From: Nemertoderma westbladi
Taxonomy: Eukaryota > Animalia > Xenacoelomorpha
Assembly (NCBI GenBank): GCA_032718475.1
Contig: JAUCBJ010006114.1
Coordinates: 1 to 64,000, forward strand
DNA: 64,000 bases
Reading direction: 5' to 3'
The notes below the pieces were generated by a model that did no database searches, had not been told where the DNA came from, and saw only the letters and a list, made by a program, of their open reading frames with translations. The position numbers and the translations under genes are program-made. Positions 1-11,722 of the stretch are shown here, piece after piece (position 1 is the stretch's first letter; each line of letters starts with the position of its first letter).

Positions 1-92
1 TTCCATAATGTTGATAATATACTAATATTCTTTTAATATTAGTTTATTAAAAGTATTATAATAATAATAGTAATAATAATAACAATAGTAGT

Positions 93-426
93 ATATGTAA
101 CAATATCTGAATTTCGTTGAGAAACAGCTGAGATATATGCGTTCAAAGATTCCAATAATTATTGTTCGCTATACAGGCCATTTATTCTATTTAATAAATA
201 CACAAAATTCTAGAATGTGTTATTTATTTTATGAGTTGGTGGGCAACAGCGGTATGCCTATACAATATCTATATTGCGTAGCTAATAATACATAAACAAA
301 TTGTTCCAGAATATTGTGTCTATTTATTAAATAGAATAAATGGCCTGCAGCGAACAATAATTCTTGCAATCTTTGAACGCCTATTTCTCAGCAGTTTCTC
401 AACGAAATTCAAACATTGTTACATAT
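93..426. mobile_element. Foldback/MITE-like inverted repeat (arms ~93-215 and ~303-426)
   Basis: atatgtaacaatatctgaatttcgttgagaaac...caggccatttattctatttaataaata is matched in reverse complement by tatttattaaatagaataaatggcctg...gtttctcaacgaaattcaaacattgttacatat. Confidence 0.7.
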
Positions 427-760
427 TTGGAATCCTTGGAACGCAAGCTTTTTAATGATATATATAAAGCGAGGTTAATGTGAAGAATGGCAATGATAGG
501 AGATGTGCAATTTCGCAATAAGACACTTTTTTAAAACGCTTGTAAAAAAAAATGTAAAGGCAAAATTGAAAATTCCGGCTTCATGGTAATATCCACGGTG
601 AGTTGAACTAGTTGTGTTTCAAATTTCAAGCAATATGATAAAAGATCTGTAGAAAAAAGTTTTTTTTTGGGGGGGGGGGGGGGGGGGGGTCCGTGTCATC
701 AGAAAATGACACTATATTACGGGTCATGGTGTAATACTAGTTTATTAATATTCTAATAAA

Positions 761-933
761 GCAGCAGCTTGTTCTAGTGGTGACGTTCCTGGTCTTCCAA
801 TTAGCTGTCCCTGGATCGACCCCTAGACGCTACAGCACTGTTTTGGCACAGTGCTTTAAATGCTGCAGCCTATCCCTACCCAGGCATTCATCCTTGACTG
901 GTCGATAATGGGGACCAAAGTAATATGGGAAAC
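761..933 (+). mobile_element. Degenerate tRNA-derived SINE with a Nin-like core
   Basis: A-box-like gttctagtggt and B-box-like ggatcgacccc, followed by ggcattcatccttgactggtcgataatggggacc, which resembles the CATCCTT..GGTCGATAA..GTACC core of invertebrate SINEs. Confidence 0.4.
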
Positions 934-1049
934 AGTGGAAGGGTTTACTGTGGAAGATCACCCATGGTGGTGAACAGGCATTCCTTCACGAAACAGAGTG
1001 GAAGGGTTTACTGCGGAAGATCACCCATGGTGGTGAACAGGCATTCCTT
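934..1049 (+). repeat. ~55-bp direct duplication
   Basis: agtggaagggtttactg(t/c)ggaagatcacccatggtggtgaacaggcattcctt occurs twice. Confidence 0.9.
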
Positions 1050-1943
1050 GGTTTGGTTTATTAACGAGCCTAAAAGATTCCCCCATTCAATATGCTAATA
1101 TTTCGAATATCGCATATCGAATCGTTCCCAACTATTTTATGCAACATCTAGATACTAATAGATAAATAGTCGCGTTTACAATTTTCCAATGCATGCAAGT
1201 GGTGTGAAGCCATTTGGTAGTTATAAATACAAACAAACATCCAAACATACCAACATCCATCGTGTTTTTGCCGGCCTCAGCTTTAGACAAAAACTACCCA
1301 GTCTAAATTGCACTCTCCTTTGCCTCTACACTCTTACAAAGTCCTCCTTAGCTAAATGATTTAATTGGCGCTAATCATACTTAACACTCTATATTTAACA
1401 GGTGTTCATCACATATTGCACTATTGTCTCAGTTCGTACAAACGCCTATAATATGTAACAATATGCAAACTAATCATACTATATTGGCATCTCTCATATC
1501 CTGCATCTCACTTCACTGTGTTATGCAGGTACTTCCTGATAGCCGACGTATATTATGATATATTACTAACATTGATATTTTGCGTAAAGGAGTGGTTTTT
1601 ATGTTATTGTAATTTTCGTTGGTAGTACAGTTTAGACAGTTCTAGATGGGATCGAACTGGTGACCTCCAGAATGAAGGTCTGGCGCTGTCATCATTCAGA
1701 TAAAAAATAGGTCTGGAAATACTACCTCATACCTTGTATGTCCGCAATTTTGCGTCATCATTGTAGCAAAATGGTTCCAAAATTTTAGCTCTTAAATTTA
1801 GTAATTAGTCATATTTCAGTTACAAATCATTTTGTTCCTCATTTTAAGATTACAATATATTCGGTATTTTTATCTGCGGTTAACTTTAACTTTAACCACA
1901 TCAGAACTCTGAAATTTATGTTACTTCTAATTTTTCTAATTAG

Positions 1944-2092
1944 GTCAATCACAGCCCTTCCTTCCACACTGACCATCGACTGGACAAGGAGGTTAAGGAA
2001 GCCCTTCTATATGATGCTTTGAACATTCTCAACTTCAGCCAGCAAGACAAGCGAAAATGTTTGGATGAGGATAAAAAGCGCGTTCTAGAACG
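1944..2092 (+). CDS. TTLL6: Tubulin polyglutamylase TTLL6/TTLL13-like, internal exon (end of TTL domain)
   Basis: tag|GTC...CG|gtttgt; translates VNHSPSFHTDHRLDKEVKEALLYDALNILNFSQQDKRKCLDEDKKRVLE(R), matching the TTLL6/13 (E)VNHSPSF.TD.RLD.EVK motif; phase 2 fits the next exon. Confidence 0.85.
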
Positions 2093-3141
2093 GTTTGTGT
2101 AGTTTATGAGTGCAATATCCGCATAATTTTATTTTCCCTTATTATTTCCTTTTAGCTCTTCTTCGCATCATCAGCGTAACAAATAATTTTTCTACTTTCT
2201 TGAAATAAAATTAAAAGAATATTAAATTTCCGCAAAATCTCTGAGAGGTGTCTAATCTCTGGGGCCGTATGCACCATTAGGAGTTAGTTCCTGCTGTCTT
2301 CTAGCTCCCATTAGTAATTGTAATTATGTATTTTATGTATAAATATTATGTGGTTTTCTACTAAACTCAAAGGAGCTGTAAAATAATGTTTTGCTTCGAA
2401 TAGTTAGTTTTTATTTGAAAAAGGCTCTTTTTCTCACTAATGATATTGCAATTTAGTTAATTAATCAAACTTTTTTTTACTAATTTCTAGAAAAATTTTT
2501 AACAAAGTCTTTTTAAACTAATTTTTTACTTTTTTAACTAATTTTGTGGAAAATTAGTTAAAGAAATACTTTCTTTAACTAATTTTAGCTTACTGTACAG
2601 CTAGCTCACACAATCTTACCTCTGTAAGTACCGGTACCGAGGGCCGGTACGATCTGCTCTAAAATTTGAATGAGCAAGATGACGCGATGTTTTCGGAGCT
2701 ACAGCCTCAGAAATCTTACAGTCTTAGGATATCTATCTGAAAGCGTGGGCAGCATTAATAGAGTATTATACGTCGTAAACAATGATAACCGGATAAATTT
2801 TTCAAATAAACAATATATTCGATATAAAAACATTACGGAAAACACTATTTTCCACTCATTTTCTTTAGCAAAATTCAGTTATTCTGCCCTCGTGTGTGGA
2901 GTTTTTGGCATTTTTTTGGCATTTTAAAACTCGCTTCGATCGTGCTAAAAACCTGCCAACTCCTGTAAAACTCAAACATTCGGACAGAATAGTTGAATTT
3001 CGCTAAATTGAAAATGAGGGAAAAAAGAAGCGTTGTTTCCGCTTACTTTTTTTTATCGAATAATAGTCCTTTTATATCTAGGTGTCGTTCAATATTTAAT
3101 AAAATACATATTTAATACAATGGAGTACTTTTTTTCTTTAG

Positions 3142-3354
3142 AATGAAACCCAAGGAACACAGACGTGAGGAGCAACGGTTGTCAAGGCAACTGGCGTTGG
3201 AGCAAATGGAACTTTATGAGGATTCTCATATGGGGGGATTTCGGCGTATCTACCCGGTGGTCGGAGTCACCGAGAAGTACGATAAGATGTTCGAACACAG
3301 CGGTACTCTGTTTGCTGAGACGGCAGCATCTCGAGCTCGGGGAGAGTTAGCTAG
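3142..3354 (+). CDS. TTLL6: TTLL6/TTLL13-like internal exon
   Basis: ttttctttag|A ATG...GCT AG|gtgagt; MKPKEH...GGFRRIYP...EKYDKMF...TLFAETAASRARGELAR resembles TTLL6/13 GGFRRIYP...T.ASRAREE.AR; splice phases consistent on both sides. Confidence 0.85.
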
Positions 3355-6300
3355 GTGAGTAGCGGGGAGAGATAGCTAGGTGAGAAGCGGGGGAGTTTGT
3401 TAGCTAGGTGAGTAGCGGGGGAGTTTGTTAGCTAGGTGAGTAGCGGGGCGAGTTAGCTAGGTTTTGCTATGTGAGTAGCGGGGATAGATACCTAGGTGAG
3501 TAGCGACTAGTGGGGGAGTTAGATAGGTGAGTAGCGACTAGCGGGGGAGTTAGTTAGGTGAGTAGCGCGGAGAGTTAGCTAGGTGAGTAGCGGGGAGAGA
3601 TAGCAAGGTGAGTAGCGGGGAGAGTTAGCTATGTGAGTAGCGGGGGAGTTAGCTAGGTGAGTAGCGGGGGAGTTAGCTAGGTGAGTAGCGGGGAGAGTTA
3701 GTTTGATGAGTAGCGGGGGAGTTAGCTAGGTGAGTAGCGACTAGCGGGGGAGTTAGCTAGGTGAGTAGCGACTAGCGAGGGAGTTAGCTAGGTGAGTGAG
3801 TAGCGACTGGCGGGGGAGTTAGTTAGGTGAGTAGCGGGGAGAGTTAGCTAGGTGAGTAGCGGGAAGAGATAGCTAGGTGAGTAGCGGGGAGAGTTGCTTG
3901 GTGAGTAGCGGGGAGAGATAGCTAGGTGAGTAGCGGGGAGAGTTAGTTTGGTGAGTAGCGGGAGAGTTAGCTTGGTGAGTAGCGGGGAGAGTTAGTTTGG
4001 TGAGTAGCGGGAGAGATGGATAGGTGAGTAGCGGGGAGAGTTAGCTAGGTGAGTAGCGGGGGAGTTAGCTAGGTGAGTAGCGGGAAGAGATGGATAGGTG
4101 AGTAGCGGGGAGAGTTAGCTTGGTGAGTTAGCGGGAGAGATGGATAGGTGAGTAGCGGGAGAGATAGCTAGGTGAGTAGCGGGGGAGTTAGCTAGGTGAG
4201 TAGCGGGGGAGTTAGCTAGGTGAGTAGCGGGGGAGTTAGCTAGGTGAGTAGCGGGGAGAGTTAGTTTGATGAGTAGCGGGGGAGTTAGCTAGGTGAGTAG
4301 CGACTAGCGGGGGAGTTAGCTAGGTGAGTGAGTAGCGACTGGCGGGGGAGTTAGTTAGGTGATTAGCCTGGAGAGATAGCTAGGTGAGTAGCGGGGAGAG
4401 ATAGCTAGGTGAGTAGCGGGGAGAGTTAGCTTGGTGAGTAGCGGGGAGAGATAGCTAGGTGAGTAGCGGGGAGAGTTAGCTTGGTGAGTTAGCGGGAGAG
4501 ATGGATAGGTGAGTAGCGGGAGAGATAGCTAGGTGAGTAGCGGGGGAGTTAGCTAGGTGAGTAGCGGGGGAGTTAGCTAGGTGAGTAGCGGGGGAGTTAG
4601 CTAGGTGAGTAGCGGGGAGAGTTAGCTTTGATGAGTAGCGGGAGAGATAGCTAGGTGAGTAGCGGGGAGAGTTGCTTGGTGAGTAGCGGGGAGAGATAGC
4701 TAGGTGAGTAGCGGGGAGAGTTAGCTTGGTGAGTTAGCGGGAGAGATGGATAGGTGAGTAGCGGGAGAGATAGCTAGGTGAGTAGCGGGGGAGTTAGCTA
4801 GGTGAGTAGCGGGGGAGTTAGCTAGGTGAGTAGCGGGGGAGTTAGCTAGGTGAGTAGCGGGGAGAGTTAGTTTGATGAGTAGCGGGGGAGTTAGCTAGGT
4901 GAGTAGCGACTAGCGGGGGAGTTAGCTAGGTGAGTGAGTAGCGACTGGCGGGGGAGTTAGTTAGGTGATTAGCCTGGAGAGATAGCTAGGTGAGTACCGG
5001 GGAGAGATAGCTAGGTGAGTAGCGGGGAGAGTTAGCTAGGTGAGTTGCGGGGAGAGTTAGTTTGGTGAGTAGCGGGGAGAGATAGCTAGGTGAGTGAGTA
5101 GCGACTGGCGGGGGAGTTAGTTAGGTGAGTAGCGGGAAGAGATAGCTAGGTGAGTAGCGGGGAGAGTTGCTTGGTGAGTAGCGGGGAGAGATAGCTAGGT
5201 GAGTAGCGGGGAGAGTTAGTTTGGTGAGTAGCGGGAGAGTTAGCTAGGTGAGTAGCGGGGAGAGTTAGCTAGGTGAGTAGCGGGAAGAGATAGCTAGGTC
5301 AGTAGCCGGGAGAGTTGCTTGGTGAGTAGCGGGGAGAGATAGCTAGGTGAGTAGCGGGGAGAGTTAGTTTGGTGAGTAGCGGGGAGAGTTAGCTTGGTGA
5401 GTAGCGGTGGAGTTAGTTTGGTGAGTAGCGGGGAGAGATAGCTAGGTGAGTAGCGGGGAGAGTTAGTTTGGTGAGTAGCGGGGGAGTTAGCTAGGTGAGT
5501 AGCGGGGGAGTTAGCTAGGTGAGTAGCGGGGAGAGTTAGTTTGATGAGTAGCGGGGGAGTTAGCTAGGTGAGTAGCGACTAGCGGGGGAGTTAGCTAGGT
5601 GAGTGAGTAGCGACTGGCGGGGGAGTTAGTTAGGTGAGGAGCGGGGAGAGTTAGCTAGGTGAGTATCGGGGGAGTTAGCTAGGTGAGTAGCGGGGAGAGT
5701 TAGTTTGATGAGTAGCGGGGGAGTTAGCTAGGTGAGTAGCGACTAGCGGGGGAGTTAGCTAGGTGAGTAGCGACTAGCGAGGGAGTTAGCTAGGTGAGTG
5801 AGTAGCGACTGGCGGGGGAGTTAGTTAGGTGAGTAGCGGGGAGAGTTAGCTAGGTGAGTAGCGGGGAGAGATAGCTAGGTGAGTAGCGGGGGAGTTAGCT
5901 AGGTGAGTAGCGGGGAGAGTTAGCTTGGTGAGTAGCGGGGGAGTTAGCTAGGTGAGTAGCGACTAGCGGGGGAGTTAGCTAGGTGAGTAGCGGGGAGAGA
6001 TAGCTAGGTGAGTAGCGGGGAGAGTTAGCTAGGTGAGTAGCGGGAGAGTTAGCTAGGTGAGTAGCGGGGAGAGTTAGTTTGGTGAGTAGCGGGGGAGTTA
6101 GCTAGGTGAGTAGCGGGGAGAGTTAGTTTGATGAGTAGCGGGGGAGTTAGCTAGGTGAGTAGCGACTAGCGGGGGAGTTAGCTAGGTGAGTAGCGGGGAG
6201 AGATAGCTAGGTGAGTAGCGGGGAGAGTTAGCTAGGTGAGTAGCGGGGAGAGTTAGCTTGGTGAGTAGCGGGGGAGTTAGCTAGGTGAGTAGCGACTAGC

Positions 6301-8265
6301 GGGGGAGTTAGCTAGGTGAGTAGCGACTAGCGAGGGAGTTAGCTAGGTGAGTGAGTAGCGACTGGCGGGGGAGTTAGTTAGGTGAGTAGCGGGGAGAGTT
6401 AGCTAGGTGAGTAGCGGGAAGAGATCGCTAGGTGAGTAGCGGGGAGAGTTAGTTTGGTGAGTAGCGGGGAGAGTTAGCTAGGTGAGTAGCGGGGAGAGTT
6501 AGTTTGGTGAGTAGCGGGGAGAGTTAGCTTGGTGAGTAGCGGGGAGAGTTAGCTTGGTGAGTAGCGGGGAGAGTTAGTTTGGTGAGTAGCGGGAGAGATA
6601 GCTAGGTGAGTAGCGGGGAGAGTTAGTTTGGTGAGTAGCGGGGAGAGTTAGCTTGGTGAGTAGCGGGGAGAGTTAGCTTGGTGAGTAGCGGGGAGAGTTA
6701 GTTTGGTGAGTAGCGGGGAGAGTTAGTTTGGTGAGTAGCGGGGAGAGTTAGCTTGGTGAGTAGCGGGGAGAGTTAGCTTGGTGAGTAGCGGTTGAGTTAG
6801 CTAGGTGAGTAGCGGGGAGAGTTAGCTAGGTGAGTAGCGGGAAGAGATAGCTAGGTGAGTAGCGGGGAGAGTTGCTTGGTGAGTAGCGGGGAGAGATGGC
6901 TAGGTGAGTAGCGGGGAGAGTTTTGGTGAGTAGCGGGGAGAGTTAGCTTGGTGAGTTAGCGGGAGAGATGGATAGGTGAGTAGCGGGAGAGTTAGCTTGG
7001 TGAGTAGCGGGAGAGATGGATAGGTGAGTAGCGGGGAGAGTTAGCTAGATGAGTAGCGGGGAGAGTTAGCTTGGTGAGTAGCGACTAGCGAGGGAGTTAG
7101 CTAGGTGAGTGAGTAGCGACTGGCGGGGGAGTTAGTTAGGTGAGTAGCGGGGAGAGTTAGCTAGGTGAGTAGCGGGGAGAGTTAGTTTGATGAGTAGCGG
7201 GGGAGTTAGCTAGGTGAGTAGCGACTAGCGAGGGAGTTAGCTAGGTGAGTGAGTAGCGACTGGCGGGGGAGTTAGTTAGGTGAGTAGCGGGGAGAGTTAG
7301 CTAGGTGAGTATCGGGGGAGTTAGCTAGGTGAGTAGCGGGGAGAGTTAGTTTGATGAGTAGCGGGGGAGTTAGCTAGGTGAGTAGCGACTAGCGAGGGAG
7401 TTAGCTAGGTGAGTGAGTAGCGACTGGCGGGGGAGTTAGTTAGGTGAGTAGCGGGGAGAGTTAGCTAGGTGAGTATCGGGGGAGTTAGCTAGGTGAGTAG
7501 CGGGGAGAGTTAGTTTGATGAGTAGCGGGGGAGTTAGCTAGGTGAGTAGCGACTAGCGAGGGAGTTAGCTAGGTGAGTGAGTAGCGACTGGCGGGGGAGT
7601 TAGTTAGGTGAGTAACGGGGAGAGTTAGCTAGGTGAGTATCGGGGGAGTTAGCTAGGTGAGTAGCGGGGAGAGTTAGTTTGATGAGTAGCGGGGGAGTTA
7701 GCTAGGTGAGTAGCGACTAGCGAGGGAGTTAGCTAGGTGAGTGAGTAGCGACTGGCGGGGGAGTTAGTTAGGTGAGTAGCGGGGAGAATTAGCTAGGTGA
7801 GTATCGGGGGAGTTAGCTAGGTGAGTAGCGGGAAGAGATGGATAGGTAAGTAGCGGGGAGAGATAGCTAGGTGAGTAGCGGGGAGAGTTAGTTTGGTGAG
7901 TAGCGGGGGAGTTAGCTAGGTGAGTAGCGGGGAGAGTTGCTTGGTGAGTAGCGGGGAGAGTTAGTTTGGTGACTAGCGGGGGAGTTAGTTAGGTGAGTGA
8001 GTAGCGACTGGCGGGGGAGTTAGTTAGGTGAGTAGCGGGGAGAGTTAGCTAGGTGAGTAGCGGGAAGAGATCGCTAGGTGAGTAGCGGGGAGAGTTGCTT
8101 GGTGAGTAGCGGGGAGAGATAGCCAGGTGAGTAGCGGGGAGAGTTAGTTTGGTGAGTAGCGGGAGAGTTAGCTAGGTGAGTAGCGGGGAGAGTTAGCTAT
8201 GTGAGTAGCGGGAGAGATAGCTAGGTGAGTAGCGGGAGAGATAGCTAGGTGAGTAGCGAGTAGCG
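3338..8265 (+). repeat. ~24-25-bp G-rich minisatellite (~200 copies), unit gcggggagagttagctaggtgagta, derived from the exon/intron junction
   Basis: Tandem array read directly; the first unit overlaps the last ~17 coding bases and the GT donor at 3355. Confidence 0.97.
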
Positions 8266-8331
8266 ATAGTGGTGATACAGTAGAGTGAGATCCTTTATAA
8301 TCTTATAGAATAGCTTATTTACCCATGACAG

Positions 8332-8527
8332 ACAACTTCGCGAGGAACTTCGTTTGAAGCAAGAGAAACAGGAACTGTCGATCGCTAGAGGGCCACAGAA
8401 GCCTCGTCCATTCCGGCTAGACTCCCAAATGAGACCCGAAAGTCCACGTGGTGAGGGTTCAAAGACGAGTCGCAGCCAACGCCCACACAGTGCGGCCAGG
8501 AGATCTAATATCACCACGAAATTAAAG
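8332..8527 (+). CDS. TTLL6: TTLL6/TTLL13-like exon (3' end uncertain: donor at 8528 or 8546, or stop at 8566)
   Basis: gacag|A CAA CTT...; continues (R)QLREELRLKQEK as in TTLL6/13 RQL..ELRLK.EK; in frame with the previous exon. Confidence 0.75.
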
Positions 8528-9193
8528 GTTGGTTTCTATCCAAGCGTAAGTACAAATTCTCACTAGAATACTAAGGAGGAAGGAGGTGGAACTAAGGTGG
8601 GGGGGGGGGGGGGGGGGGCTAGATATCTGAATAATGTAATACTGTAATTAATGATGTAATGTACATGGTTATGTTCAGAAGTTGAAAAAATGAGAAAGCG
8701 CGTCACCGGGGGTTGAACCAACGCTATACGTACGTCTCGCCCTAACAGGCCTCATCAGTAGCGCTAACCAGTTTTTTTTAGTTAATACGCCACAGTGGCA
8801 TACTGGACATACATCGCAAACACGTGGCATATAATAACATATTGTTGATAAACTTGGAAAATATGTGCGCTGCGCGAATTGGTGGTGTTAAATTAATGCT
8901 GAATCTGGAATCCTGCACGGATCTAATTTCCACTGTCTGAGTTTGCTTGACCTAGTTGTAGTATTTATTGAAATAGTTATTCCTACAATTACAAGATCTA
9001 TATTAAATTTTTATATTCTCCAAAAGATCTTTGATGCTTTTTTCAATAATGAATATGATTAAACGGTAAGTATATCAAACAATAAACATCAACAGCGAGG
9101 TTCATGAAATTATGCGAAAACTGTCATAAACTAAAGTAGTATGAAATTATTGATATGCAATCAACATGTTATTGAGCTCTATCCTATTGAGGA

Positions 9194-10465
9194 CTAAGAA
9201 GCTAAATCTTCAATCAACTCTTTCGGGAAGTTGTTGTCCATACTTCGATGACCCTCAGTGGATAAATTCATCCATTTAATATTTGGGTTACTAGGCCATC
9301 CTAGACTCTTTGCAAAGCTAGAGCTTCCGTCCTCATCCTGGTATTCTTTTATAGCAACAACGACACCCTCAATCCAGGCGTTATCAGTGTTTCTTCTGGC
9401 ATCCACGTAACCTTTATAAATCACTTTACCTTTTTTATTGAGAATATCTTGAAAATATTCCTCTTCGTTTCGCCTAAGTTGGTCTAAATATCGTGTATTC
9501 AAATATTCCTTACCTCTACATTTTTTCTCCAATCCCGACTCGTTGCATCTAACGATCGCTCTACTTAAGGTTTGATTGACTGTCTCCCCTGGTAGAATAA
9601 CATCCCCCGGTGCATTCCAACCCCGTTTTATTTTCTTACTCCCAACCACAAGAAACTTAATCATAGGTTTCTCATTTCTACATTGTTCTATGCTACTGGA
9701 CCCCCCCGATGTAAGTGTATGTTTGTCCCAATCCGCGCTAAAAACTAAGAGATAGGCTACGTGATTCGGTCCCCACCATCCCAATGCACCTCTCCCTCTC
9801 AAACCGGTTCTTCCACAAGGATTCAGCGGCACTCCTTCAACCACCGAGTACTTCCCTTCGTAACTTATACGATCAACATCTCCATCGATCGTATTGAAAT
9901 TCAACTTCGATAAATACTGCGGATGTGTTCCTAAATCGCCACGGATGTACGGGCTCAAGAAATTACCACGAATTGCGTACCAGCGCGGTGCCCAATTACC
10001 AGGAACTGTGTACGAGTCTGGATGGTAGTTAAGGAATTTAGTACTCCAACGAACCTGCTCGTCACTCACAGGGAAGCGGGAAACTTTAGGCCAGTCACCT
10101 TTTCCACCATAAGTTTTCGCTCGAGCTCTCCTGTGGATTTCAGGTAGGTTGCCATTCTTATTTTTTAATTTCTTTATCAACTTAAAGATTCCTGCAGCAA
10201 AAATTCCCACTGATCCTACAACAACTCCAAGTCCAACAACTGGTAAGAGGCCTTTAGCGATTCCATCACTTTCAACGGGACTATTGGCAACAGAAGAACC
10301 AGTTGCTAATTCATTACTTGCGTTGATATCATTATTAACGGCGGCGCCAAGACCCTTTTCTACGGAAGCAGTACCCGCAAGTGTTCCCCTTGATTTCTCG
10401 TTGCATTCACCACCTTGGAGATTACCACACTTTTCATCCATTGCCTGTTTTAACTCCTGTTTCAC
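9194..10465 (-). CDS. NUDT9-like (ADP-ribose pyrophosphatase / NUDT9-H) domain protein with predicted single transmembrane anchor; 5' end uncertain
   Basis: 423-aa uninterrupted ORF with NUDT9 hallmarks RFPV.DE.V.W, FN..DG.VDR.S, PLNP.GRTGLRGRG.LG.WGPNH, YKGYVD.RNTDNAW.E; hydrophobic LLPVVGLGVVVGSVGIFAAGIF followed by KLIKKLK. Confidence 0.85.
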   Translation of the reverse strand: MKQELKQAMDEKCGNLQGGECNEKSRGTLAGTASVEKGLGAAVNNDINASNELATGSSVANSPVESDGIAKGLLPVVGLGVVVGSVGIFAAGIFKLIKKLKNKNGNLPEIHRRARAKTYGGKGDWPKVSRFPVSDEQVRWSTKFLNYHPDSYTVPGNWAPRWYAIRGNFLSPYIRGDLGTHPQYLSKLNFNTIDGDVDRISYEGKYSVVEGVPLNPCGRTGLRGRGALGWWGPNHVAYLLVFSADWDKHTLTSGGSSSIEQCRNEKPMIKFLVVGSKKIKRGWNAPGDVILPGETVNQTLSRAIVRCNESGLEKKCRGKEYLNTRYLDQLRRNEEEYFQDILNKKGKVIYKGYVDARRNTDNAWIEGVVVAIKEYQDEDGSSSFAKSLGWPSNPNIKWMNLSTEGHRSMDNNFPKELIEDLAS

Positions 10466-10929
10466 CCGAAAACTAATTTTCTAATGATTTTACTTATATC
10501 ATGTTGCTTTACATATTTTCTACAAGTAGGTACCAAGGCGTCCTAATTAGATTACTTAGTATATATAATGGAAATTTTAGGTAAATAAAAAATGAAATAG
10601 TTTGTAAAAATTAGAATAAATTTTTCATGTTTATTTTTGTTCCTCCATACCAGCCCTACAAATTTACTACAGTTTAAAAATTCTAGAACGTTAGCTAGTG
10701 TCAAATTTTGTCTTTATAGCTAACCAATTTGGTAGAGAATTGACCTAAGTCAAGTTTTGCAAACTAATATTCGATTGTATGGCTTTATTAACCCTCCGTT
10801 TCCTGTGAACGTTGATACATTATTCTGAAAAGTTTAGCTGTTTGAATGTATAGAATTTCTAGGGAAATGGAACAGGACAAGTAGTCTTTCTTTTTCAAGT
10901 AGACTAAGTGTTGACTGTATATTTTATAG

Positions 10930-11720
10930 ACAGCAATGCAAAGTGCTGGTGGACACAATCATTTCAGCAAAGGAATCTTTTTATAGATAATATTATTAAT
11001 GAAAAATTCAGGAGATCAGAAAACACTGTTTTCTGTGGCAAACAAAATTATCTACAGACACAACAGCAGCACACTCCCGACTCATGACTCAGACCTTCAG
11101 CTGGCGAATATGTTCGCCTCTAGTTTGACAAGAAAATTAATGATATACGTGAAACTTTAACGACTGAGCAGGCGGTTACTAAAAGTGTGCCTTGTTGTAA
11201 CCAACGAGACCCGCATCTGCATGTTAACCCACCCGTTGCCAACTGTGAGCAATCCGATCCACGTGTTGGCATTAATATTCAATTTAGTAAAGGTGATCCT
11301 TTACAACGATTCCTTGAAATCTCACCGGAAACTACTGAATCTCTAATTAAAGAATCAAAGTCAAAATCAAGGCCACGTGATACAATTCCGACAAAATTAG
11401 TTAAACTGTCCATAGCACTACTGTTGCCAATTATAACAATGATTATAAATATATCATTGTCGATCTTACTCAAAGCGCAAAGCCCTTAAATATGGCTTGC
11501 CCCAAGGCTCCGTTTTGGGGCCGGTTCTATTTAGTATATACACTCGCAGTCTTTCAACTGTTATACGAAAGCACGGTCTAACTACCACCTTTACGCAGAT
11601 GACACACAAATCTATATTGCCTTTAAGCCTGAATGTAAAGAATCAGCAGTTGAAGTTATACTGAGAGTTGTCTACGTGACATAAAGACATGGTTGAGGTC
11701 TAACCTATTAAAGATGGGCT
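10930..11720 (+). mobile_element. Degenerate LINE (L2/CR1-group) reverse transcriptase fragment
   Basis: Frameshifted motifs IPTKLVK, GLPQGSVLGPVLFSIYT (~11493) and HLYADDTQIY (~11586). Confidence 0.8.
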
Positions 11721-11722
11721 AG

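Noticed and set aside
669-689. Long G/C homopolymers (also ~8598, ~35906, ~38517)
   Set aside because: Simple repeats of unreliable length; no function evident
1640-1700. tRNA-like fragments on the minus strand (also ~8705-8770)
   Set aside because: Only B-box-like remnants with no cloverleaf; likely decayed SINE heads
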